32,000 nucleotides of DNA from assembly GCA_043808785.1 (NCBI GenBank), contig JAZDEL010000004.1:30001-62000 (forward strand), written 5' to 3'. A program made the position numbers and the translations under genes. The stretch is from Candidatus Iainarchaeum sp. (GTDB lineage Archaea; Iainarchaeota; Iainarchaeia; Iainarchaeales; JAZDEL01). Position 1 is the first letter of the stretch, and each line of letters begins with the position of its first letter. The notes under the pieces are model-generated. The model saw only the letters and a list, made by a program, of their open reading frames with translations, was not told the DNA's origin and ran no database searches. Below are positions 7,934-14,654 of this stretch, one piece after another.

Positions 7934-8104
7934 TTATTTTTCAGCAACCCCGGGGTAGGTCTTGACGATGTCCTGCGAACTCTTGAACATCGGCTTAACC
8001 AGCGCGATAAGAAGCAGCGCCGCAATCGCGAAAATTATAATGAGGTATACGGAACTCCACTCGCTCTGCCCTTTATCGTCGAGCCCGAAAATATCCGTGC
8101 GCAT
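7934..8104 (-). CDS. Small pilin (56 aa) with a class III signal peptide (MRTDIFGLDDKG/QSEWSSVYLIIIFAIAALLLIALV)
   Basis: The track ORF extends to 8146 and would overlap the upstream gene. The ATG at 8104 lies 12 nt after the upstream stop. A KGQ motif is followed by an acidic residue and a long hydrophobic helix, matching short archaeal class III-signal pilins. Confidence 0.6.
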   Translation of the reverse strand: MRTDIFGLDDKGQSEWSSVYLIIIFAIAALLLIALVKPMFKSSQDIVKTYPGVAEK

Positions 8105-8115
8105 GCGCACGCCCC

Positions 8116-8667
8116 TCAGTCCCTTACAATGGCGACTATGCAGCACTTGGTCGCCTCGCCGTCATAATTGAGCTTACACGGGCAGTCGCCCCACTGGCCG
8201 GCCCAGTCCACGTCGTATTCTGCCAGTGTCTCGTCCATCTTGTTGACATAATCGCAGAGCACGAAAAGCTTGGTGTTCATGCTGCCCTCGAAGGCATATT
8301 GTATCTTGGTGCCGCCGTTTCCCAGCCCGATGAAACTGCCGGAACTGTCGCCCTCCCCGAACTGCCCCGGCAGGACACATACCTGGTCCTCGGCAAGGGA
8401 GCCGGTGCCGTCCGCAATCGCCCTTGCGGAGAGTTCGCCCTTGTTCTGCCATGTAACCTCGCTGGTTATTTCCCTTGTGCCGAGCAGGGTTGTGTGGCTC
8501 TTTACAACCTCTACAGCCCTTTCGGTCGGGGACTGGCTGAACGGCTTCGGAATAAGGTTCATTATGTACATCAGTATTGTCAGTATCGCGACCGCGACAA
8601 CCGCGGCAATCAGCAAATTGAAGACGCTGGATGCCTGACCTTTTTTGTTCAAGAATTTCGGTTTCAT
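8116..8667 (-). CDS. Type IV pilin-like protein, candidate major pilin (MKPKFLNKKG/QASSVFNLLIAAVVAVAILTILMYIM), 183 aa
   Basis: Track ORF with an ATG start and its own TATA box about 33 nt upstream. The class III signal peptide is textbook: basic leader, G-Q, ~25-aa hydrophobic helix. The C-terminal domain is soluble and contains 4 Cys. Confidence 0.75.
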   Translation of the reverse strand: MKPKFLNKKGQASSVFNLLIAAVVAVAILTILMYIMNLIPKPFSQSPTERAVEVVKSHTTLLGTREITSEVTWQNKGELSARAIADGTGSLAEDQVCVLPGQFGEGDSSGSFIGLGNGGTKIQYAFEGSMNTKLFVLCDYVNKMDETLAEYDVDWAGQWGDCPCKLNYDGEATKCCIVAIVRD

Positions 8668-8696
8668 AAAGACCGCTAATAGTTTGCCTTAACCAA

Positions 8697-8704
8697 TATT
8701 TAAA
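8697..8704 (-). promoter_or_regulatory. TATA box (TTTAAATA) for the pilin gene starting at 8667
   Basis: The minus strand reads aaCCTTTAAATAttgg, about 33 nt upstream of the ATG at 8667. Confidence 0.5.
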
Positions 8705-8927
8705 GGTTGCGTTGCGCTGCGCGGGCGGGTTTCGTGCCGCGGGCGGCGCAAAAAAAACCCGCGTGCGGGCAAAGAGCCGTTCTTTGCCCGTGCTTTCGGG
8801 AACGCGGGGCTGCCGCGGGGGCGGAAACCCCGCACCAGATAACTTTTTAAACGGGAAAGCGGTAATTAAGTAAAACAAAATTCAAAATAAAGTTAATCCA
8901 AAAGCAAAAACAAAAGGGGGTAAAAAA

Positions 8928-9272
8928 ATGGACATGCAGAAAATCGGGAGCTGGGCATTCCTTCTCGGCGTGCTTATTGCGCTGGTGGCGGGAATAGCTA
9001 CCGCATTCATGACCGTTGACGCGAGCATGACAATGTATGCCGGATTCGCAATGCTTGTGCTCGGCCTGATTATAGGGCTGCTCAATGTCACGGACAAGGA
9101 AACGGTTGCGTTCCTCGTTGCCGCTATAGCGCTTATTTCGACAAAGGCGGCGCTTGGCGCACTCGGTTCGCCTGTGCTGGAGGCAATAGTAGGCAACATA
9201 GCGGCACTAGCTGCGCCCGCGGCATTCGTCGTGGCGCTGAAGGCAGTCTGGACAATGTCAAGGCACGGGTAG
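8928..9272 (+). CDS. Small four-helix membrane protein (114 aa), opposite strand to the pilus genes
   Basis: Track ORF. The ATG is preceded by aaaagggggtaaaaaa (SD-like GGGGGT). The protein is regularly hydrophobic (WAFLLGVLIALVAGIATAF, YAGFAMLVLGLIIGLL, VAFLVAAIALIS, IAALAAPAAFVVAL) and is followed by a T-rich terminator. The overlapping minus-strand ORF 8882-9397 looks like a shadow. Confidence 0.6.
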   Translation: MDMQKIGSWAFLLGVLIALVAGIATAFMTVDASMTMYAGFAMLVLGLIIGLLNVTDKETVAFLVAAIALISTKAALGALGSPVLEAIVGNIAALAAPAAFVVALKAVWTMSRHG

Positions 9273-9284
9273 AATAGAACTGCC

Positions 9285-9316
9285 TTTTTTTCTTTTTCTG
9301 TTTTCTTTTTATTTTT
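9285..9316 (+). terminator. Oligo-T terminator after 8928-9272
   Basis: ctttttttctttttctgttttctttttattttt starts 13 nt after the TAG at 9270-9272. Oligo-T tracts act as terminators in archaea. Confidence 0.5.
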
Positions 9317-9415
9317 CCAGGGAAGCCGAAGGCACGGTTCCCGCGGGTGCGGCCGAACGGGTTCGTGCGGAACCGCTTTCAGGCTGCGGCAGGGCAAACG
9401 GCACGCTGCCGCGCC

Positions 9416-9823
9416 TCACTTAATGTCCTTCCCGAAAGAAACCGTGCACGAAACAGGGCAGCCGGCGGAACCAGTTTCACATTTCATGTAAACGTCCGCC
9501 TTTACGCGCTGCTTCACGGTTACGATGTTTAACCCGTCCTCGAATGCGCCTCCCTGAGACTGGACCAAAACGCATTCCCTGTCGATGCCCATTATCCCCC
9601 CAAGCGATGAAGCAGTGTATGCCGCGCCCTGCGGAAAGGTGACGCCGGAAATAAGCAGGGTGTCTGCGTTCGGCTGCCGCACAACCTTCCCGAGCCCGTC
9701 GATGAAGCGCTGGTTGCTTATCTCGATTTCGAGGTTGCTGAAATAGGTTATCGAGGTGACTATTATCAAGAGTATGAGGAGCGCGATTATCGCGCCTATC
9801 AGCATCCTGAAGATTTCAAACAT
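9416..9823 (-). CDS. Pilus-locus protein with an N-terminal hydrophobic helix (MFEIFRMLIGAIIALLILLIIVTSITYF), 135 aa
   Basis: Track ORF. Its ATG at 9823 lies 4 nt after the TGA (9830-9828) of the platform gene, so it is the third gene of the ATPase-platform operon. It has no G-Q cleavage motif. Confidence 0.65.
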   Translation of the reverse strand: MFEIFRMLIGAIIALLILLIIVTSITYFSNLEIEISNQRFIDGLGKVVRQPNADTLLISGVTFPQGAAYTASSLGGIMGIDRECVLVQSQGGAFEDGLNIVTVKQRVKADVYMKCETGSAGCPVSCTVSFGKDIK

Positions 9824-9827
9824 GACA

Positions 9828-12167
9828 TCACCCGCCCGTAAAGGTCCCTATGAGCGCGTTGGAAACGACAACTGAAAGCACGAAGACAATTATCGCAATC
9901 GGCAGGTTGCGGGCAAGGTTCATGCGCACAAGCAAATCGTTGTCCTCCTCTATCTTTGTGGTGAAGTAGCTCATTATCACCACGAGCTCGATTATGTAAA
10001 TCGCGACTATGATTATGAATTGGGTGGGAGTGGCCATCGTGCTTATCGCCTCGGCATTTATGAACGAGGAGAGGTTGACGCCTGAAAAGGCGACGGAGGA
10101 GCCCGCGGCACCTAAAGCGGAAACATCGGGGCTTGCGGTTTCGAGCGTGCCCGAGGAAGCGATGGACGCAAGCGTGACTATCACGACCCTCTGCAGGCTG
10201 GTGGTTATGCCCAAAACAACGGGGGCTATGAACATCGTCATTGTCTTCATCATGCCCGTGATGTCGCTCACAAGCACCTTAAGGTTCTGCGCAACTTTCT
10301 GCGAATTGCTCAGTTGTATGCTGAGCGAAATCATTGTGCGCGCTGCGACATTCACGCCCAACTGCACGCTGTCAACAAGCAGGCGCATTGAGCCGCGTAT
10401 TATTGAACTCGGGTTGTCGCGCAATGAGCCATAGTGCGGGTCGAAAACAGCTGCCTCGAGCGGCATTGCAAGCAGGGAAATGTTGTCGACCGTGCGCCCG
10501 AAAAGGCGGTCGGAAATTTTCAGCTTAGGCAGGAAGGTGCGCGTGTGCTTCAGCGCCTCTTCCACAGGCTTATTTTCCCCCATGCGCGAGGCAAGCACAT
10601 ACAGGGAGTCCTTGAACTCGTTCTCCATCACCATTACTTCCTCCTGCACGCGGCGCTTTGCCACGTTGGGGTAATGCAGCGCGATAAAGCCCATTATGCC
10701 GACGGTTATGAGCAGGCCGAATACAAGGTTGTACGGCGCCGCATCATGGTCCGCGTCCATGAAATAAAGCGAGCGCTCGAGCGCGAGCTTTTTCTTCGCC
10801 TTTTCCGCATCTCCCGACTGCCCGAGGAGTTCGCGGTAGCGTTCGCTGCTTTCGTCCGCATTGAAATATGATGCGCTCTTCCCGTCCGCACGCAGTATCT
10901 CCGCCTCGCTCCTGTCGTAATTAAGGAGCTGTGGCGTGCCCTCCTTGAGCACGGCGCGCGGGGGCATGCCCTGCATGGAGAGGAAAAGGGACGCCCCCGC
11001 GCCGGCAATAAGCACGAACGCCAGCACAACCGCCAGGTTCATGTTCATGCCGCCAAGGCGCATTGTTCCCCTTGGGGGAAGGCCGGGGAAATTGTTAGGA
11101 ATTACCGGGGGCTCGTAAGTGGGGGGGCGCTGCCTCACAAGCCTCACAGCAAAAATAATTGTCACAAGCGGTATCGCCACATTGTAAATCAGCGCGAGGA
11201 TAATCGGGTTTGCAAGCGGCGCCCCGGAAAATGAGGAACCTACAGGGAGGATTATTATGAGTATAAGCGGCAGCAGCACCCCTATGTAGAAAAGCATGGT
11301 GCTCGGCTGGGAGAGTTCGCGGGCGTACTGCTCCATCTTTGACTTTATGCTCTCAAGCACCTCGGCCATTGTCTTGTCAAGCAGGGCATAACGCTTTGCC
11401 TCGGTGTCCTCGATGACGGATGCCCTTACCATCATCAGGCCGCGCTTGAACTCCTCGCTGAATGTGCCCCACCTGTATGCAAGCGCGTCGAGCGCCTCGG
11501 AAAGGGTTGTGTACACGCCGACCTGAACCTGCCAGAGCAGGTTCTTCAGGTCCTCGGCGATTTTCCCGCGCCCGTGCCTTGCCGCAAACTCTATAGCCTT
11601 CTCGAGGTTGGGCACGAGCTTCATGGACATCACCATGTAGCCCAGAATTTCGGGGACATATGTAAGGGCGCGTATCTGCTCCGCCTTTGCCGTGTTTATC
11701 GGGTAGTTCTGGACATAATTCACGATGTAGAGCGCCGCAAGTATGAACGGCAGGAATATGTAAACAGGCACGAGGAAGGGCATGGGCCCTGCAATGGACG
11801 CGACTATATTTGCCACGGGCGAAAAATAAATGAGAAGGCTTATTGCGAAACCCGCAAGCAGCGAAACTATTAGCGCGAACTTCGATGCCGCCGCGAACTC
11901 CTCCGCTGTGAGGTCCCATGCGAGGAACGAAACAGCCTCGGCGTTCCGCTCATTAAACTTTCCCCCCTTGCCCAGGGAAGGCATCGAGCGGTGAATGCCG
12001 CGGCAGAACTTCACAAAAGGGTGAGTGGCTTTCCTCACAAGCCCCTGGTCAAGCACCTCGAACTCCCTTATGCGCGTCGGGATTGCACTGTAAAGCGCGC
12101 CTATGTCGGGCTCCTCATCGCGCGCCCTTGCTGCGGGCTTTCCATGGAAACGAGGCATAGTAAGCAC
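9828..12167 (-). CDS. Type IV pilus/archaellum-type polytopic membrane platform protein (FlaJ/TadC/PilC-like, two T2SSF-like halves), 779 aa
   Basis: Track ORF, starting at the GTG at 12167 or the ATG at 12158 (MPRFHGK...). There are two repeats of a cytoplasmic helical domain followed by TM helices (...LEKAIEFAARHGRGKIAEDLKNLLWQVQVGV...LSQPSTMLFYIGVLLPLILIIILPVG and ...PVEEALKHTRTFLPK...MKTMTMFIAPVVLGITTSL). It sits immediately downstream of the secretion ATPase. Confidence 0.8.
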   Translation of the reverse strand: MLTMPRFHGKPAARARDEEPDIGALYSAIPTRIREFEVLDQGLVRKATHPFVKFCRGIHRSMPSLGKGGKFNERNAEAVSFLAWDLTAEEFAAASKFALIVSLLAGFAISLLIYFSPVANIVASIAGPMPFLVPVYIFLPFILAALYIVNYVQNYPINTAKAEQIRALTYVPEILGYMVMSMKLVPNLEKAIEFAARHGRGKIAEDLKNLLWQVQVGVYTTLSEALDALAYRWGTFSEEFKRGLMMVRASVIEDTEAKRYALLDKTMAEVLESIKSKMEQYARELSQPSTMLFYIGVLLPLILIIILPVGSSFSGAPLANPIILALIYNVAIPLVTIIFAVRLVRQRPPTYEPPVIPNNFPGLPPRGTMRLGGMNMNLAVVLAFVLIAGAGASLFLSMQGMPPRAVLKEGTPQLLNYDRSEAEILRADGKSASYFNADESSERYRELLGQSGDAEKAKKKLALERSLYFMDADHDAAPYNLVFGLLITVGIMGFIALHYPNVAKRRVQEEVMVMENEFKDSLYVLASRMGENKPVEEALKHTRTFLPKLKISDRLFGRTVDNISLLAMPLEAAVFDPHYGSLRDNPSSIIRGSMRLLVDSVQLGVNVAARTMISLSIQLSNSQKVAQNLKVLVSDITGMMKTMTMFIAPVVLGITTSLQRVVIVTLASIASSGTLETASPDVSALGAAGSSVAFSGVNLSSFINAEAISTMATPTQFIIIVAIYIIELVVIMSYFTTKIEEDNDLLVRMNLARNLPIAIIVFVLSVVVSNALIGTFTGG

Positions 12168-12221
12168 AACCTTTAGCGGCTAACTCCCGATTCGGGCCAA
12201 ATCACGCCAGGCAAACACATC

Positions 12222-12280
12222 ATTCCTTCCCCGCCTTTTTCCCCGTGAGCGGCACAGTTATTCCTTCCCCGCCTTTTTCC
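12222..12280. repeat. 21-bp perfect direct repeat (38-bp offset) duplicating the 3' end of the ATPase gene into the intergenic spacer
   Basis: attccttccccgcctttttcc occurs at 12222-12242 and at 12260-12280. The second copy encodes the last residues (KKAGKE-stop) of the ATPase. Confidence 0.85.
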
Positions 12281-14546
12281 TCGCAAGCAAACGCTTGACC
12301 TGGTAATTCCTGACCCAGTGCTTCCACTCCCCGAGCACCTCATTATAGTCTATGCTGCCGTGCTCCCTGAGCTGGCCTTCCTTTATGAGCACAAGTTTGT
12401 TGTTCGCAACAACCGAATTCTCCGCCTCGAGCAGCAACGGGAGCTTGAATTCGTTCTTCATCTGGACCATGAATTCCTTTGCGGATGCGTGCGTCCTTAT
12501 GCTGTCCCACATCTGCTCCATATTCAATCCCGACATCCTGCTTATCTTCGGGAAAATTTCGGATTCCTTGAGGTTGTCCTCAAGCAGCTCTAACTTGTCC
12601 TTTTTTGCGGTGTAGTTCATCAAATCAAGCAGGCCCCCTTCTTTCTCGGGGTCCTCTGTCCAGTGCTTTTTCACTTCCGTAACCTGAACAACGCGCCTCT
12701 GCCTTTCGAGCGAGCCGTGGAAACGGATGGGGCGGGCAACAACCACAATATCCGTTGCCTTGAATGATGTGTTAGGCACGTCAAGGTCGTTCACAACCCT
12801 GTCCCATACGCTGTATGCGGAGTCGCCGTGGATTGTGCCCATCACAATGTTCCCCGCAGCGCCAATGCGCATCGCCTCATAGAGGACGCGCGCCTCCCTG
12901 CTCCTCACTTCCCCGATTACGAGCGCCGAGTCGCCTAACCTCAGGGCTGTGCGCAGTGATTCCGCGGGGGAAACTTCGGATGTCGCTGCCGAGCCCGCAA
13001 TAGGCGAGCGCGTCTTGAGGCGCTGTATGTTGAAGCCGATGCTCTTCATGTAGGGAACGCCTATTTCCATTGTGTCCTCCTGCACTATTATGCGCGTGTT
13101 CTGGATTATCTCGAGCATGAGCGCGCCCATTAGCGAGGTTTTTCCAGAGCCCCTTGAGCCCGTGACAAGCATCGTCGCCTGCGAATCGATGAGGAAAGAA
13201 AGCAGGCCCGCGGCAAGGGGCGTGAGGAATTTCACATCGACAAACTGCGGCAGTGTCCAGGGGGTCATCTTGTGCAGGCGGAATGCAAACGCGACTCCGT
13301 CAGGTGCAAGAGGCGGCCCTATTACCGCAACCCTTGTCTCGAGGTCCTGCAAATCGAAATCAAGCACCGGATGCGCCTCATCGAAAGGCCTGCCCGACAT
13401 CGCGCGCAGCTTGCTCACCATGGAGCTTGCCTCGTCCTCTGTGTAAACGATGTTTGTCTGGCACTGCCCGAAGTCGGAGTGCACGACATAGAGGGGCTTG
13501 AGCCCTATCGGGGAGTCGAGGTATATGTCCGTAAGCTTGCGGTCGGAGAGCAATATCTCGAGGATGCCGTAACCAACTGTGTACCTCGCAACAATTCCGC
13601 TGAGCTCTATTATTTCCGCATTGTCGATTTTTATTCCCGCTTCCCTTGCGATGTCCTTTATCGTCGACTGGTAAACCCTTTCAAAATAGCGCCTGCTCCT
13701 TGCAAGGTCGCTGAGGTTCGTCCGCCCGGGCCTGTATGACGCGACAAGTTCGCGGGTTTTTGAAAGTATGAAATATTTATCGGGCGGCAGGGAATACTCC
13801 GGCGGGTTTATGAAGTAAAGGCATTCCGCCCTGTTCGGGTGCCTGAAAATCTGCACCTGCGATTCCTTTACCTGGTATTCGTCAAGCAGTTCGAGTTTCT
13901 CCATGCCGCCGAACATAAGCCTCGAGCCTATGAAGCTCGGCTTAACATCCACCTCGAAAAAACTCCTGTATAACTGCGCAGTCTGCGGCATTTCCTTGAG
14001 GTTAAGCAGTATCGCCTTTGCCTTTGAAATGAGTTCGGTTTTCTCGAACTCCGATTGCAAGTAAAGCAGGGTTTTGAGGTAGACGCCCGAGTATGTTGCG
14101 GGGTCGCTCTTCTTTACCATCTCGCGCTCGCGCACAACGGCCTGAAGAAGCTCGACATATGCCGCGATGGGGTCGAACATTATCAGGTCGTGCGCCGCGC
14201 GCACAATCGTGTTATGCCTTTCCCCGAAATTTTTTTCCCCTTCCTTTGCCGCATCCCCGAGGTACTTGGAACCCCAGACGCTCTCGACCTCGAACTTCTG
14301 CGCTAACTGCGCAACCTCCATCAGCATCCTTGCCTGCTCCTCCCCATAAACGCGCTCGTAAACCTCCGCAAGCACAACCAAATCCGCTTCCGCCTCCTGC
14401 ATTGCGCGCATCACGTGATACCTGCACGCCTTGTCGTCCGCAAGGTTCGAGCTGTATATGCAGCCGCGGCAGTCCATGATGAGGTGCCGCTTACCCCCCT
14501 CATCCTTAACTGCGTAAGGACCTACCTCGAAACCGCCGATTTTCAA
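12258..14546 (-). CDS. Type II/IV secretion-family ATPase (FlaI/PilB/GspE-like) with a long N-terminal extension, 762 aa
   Basis: Track ORF with a TTG start. Motifs: Walker A GSRGSGKTS (13160-13137), an Asp-box region IIVQEDTMEI, Walker B ALVIGEVRSREA, and His box MGTIHGDSAY. Followed by the FlaJ-like platform gene. Confidence 0.9.
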   Translation of the reverse strand: MKIGGFEVGPYAVKDEGGKRHLIMDCRGCIYSSNLADDKACRYHVMRAMQEAEADLVVLAEVYERVYGEEQARMLMEVAQLAQKFEVESVWGSKYLGDAAKEGEKNFGERHNTIVRAAHDLIMFDPIAAYVELLQAVVREREMVKKSDPATYSGVYLKTLLYLQSEFEKTELISKAKAILLNLKEMPQTAQLYRSFFEVDVKPSFIGSRLMFGGMEKLELLDEYQVKESQVQIFRHPNRAECLYFINPPEYSLPPDKYFILSKTRELVASYRPGRTNLSDLARSRRYFERVYQSTIKDIAREAGIKIDNAEIIELSGIVARYTVGYGILEILLSDRKLTDIYLDSPIGLKPLYVVHSDFGQCQTNIVYTEDEASSMVSKLRAMSGRPFDEAHPVLDFDLQDLETRVAVIGPPLAPDGVAFAFRLHKMTPWTLPQFVDVKFLTPLAAGLLSFLIDSQATMLVTGSRGSGKTSLMGALMLEIIQNTRIIVQEDTMEIGVPYMKSIGFNIQRLKTRSPIAGSAATSEVSPAESLRTALRLGDSALVIGEVRSREARVLYEAMRIGAAGNIVMGTIHGDSAYSVWDRVVNDLDVPNTSFKATDIVVVARPIRFHGSLERQRRVVQVTEVKKHWTEDPEKEGGLLDLMNYTAKKDKLELLEDNLKESEIFPKISRMSGLNMEQMWDSIRTHASAKEFMVQMKNEFKLPLLLEAENSVVANNKLVLIKEGQLREHGSIDYNEVLGEWKHWVRNYQVKRLLARKKAGKE

Positions 14547-14547
14547 C

Positions 14548-14580
14548 TCAAAGCCCCCTTGAAATTCCGCCGATTTTCAT
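14548..14580 (-). other. 10-codon upstream ORF (MKIGGISRGL) whose first 13 nt duplicate the start of the ATPase gene
   Basis: An ATG at 14580-14578 opens ATGAAAATCGGCGGAATTTCAAGGGGGCTTTGA. The TGA ends 1 nt before the TTG start of the ATPase, whose own sequence starts TTGAAAATCGGCGG (MKIGG...). The 13-mer ccgccgattttca occurs at 14533-14545 and at 14567-14579. Confidence 0.35.
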
Positions 14581-14619
14581 TGCGAACGCCTGCCGATGGC
14601 TTGGATACAATTAGCGTTA

Positions 14620-14636
14620 TCTTATTATTATACTTT
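14620..14636 (-). promoter_or_regulatory. Candidate TATA region for the ATPase operon
   Basis: The minus strand reads aagtaaagTATAATAATAAGataacgc, 40-55 nt upstream of the uORF ATG. It is the only AT-rich stretch in the 108-nt spacer. Confidence 0.35.
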
Positions 14637-14654
14637 ACTTAATGCGCGCAGGGT

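Noticed and set aside
7768-8025. N-terminal extension of track ORF 7180-8025 (and likewise 5039-6049, 5914-6537, 7934-8146, 14655-18698)
   Set aside because: The extensions run through TATA boxes, oligo-T terminators or the preceding gene, and encode Arg/Lys-rich junk. Internal starts give canonical signal peptides and sensible spacing or overlaps with neighbours.
8174-8878. 234-aa minus-strand ORF overlapping the pilin gene 8116-8667 and its promoter
   Set aside because: It is in a different frame over a well-supported pilin gene. Its product is Arg/Gly-rich with no hydrophobic or motif structure, and it spans the TATA box and a GC-rich hairpin region.
8882-9397. 171-aa minus-strand ORF opposite the 114-aa membrane protein gene
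   Set aside because: Its product is Ala/Ser/Thr-rich and typical of the antisense of a hydrophobic-protein gene. The + strand ORF has an SD, four regular TM helices and a downstream oligo-T terminator.
10009-14479. Numerous 60-180-aa ORFs on both strands inside the platform and ATPase genes (e.g. 10009-10434, 11377-11919, 13272-13739, 14093-14479)
   Set aside because: All are embedded in two long ORFs with unambiguous family motifs. They are off-frame or antisense products of GC-rich sequence.
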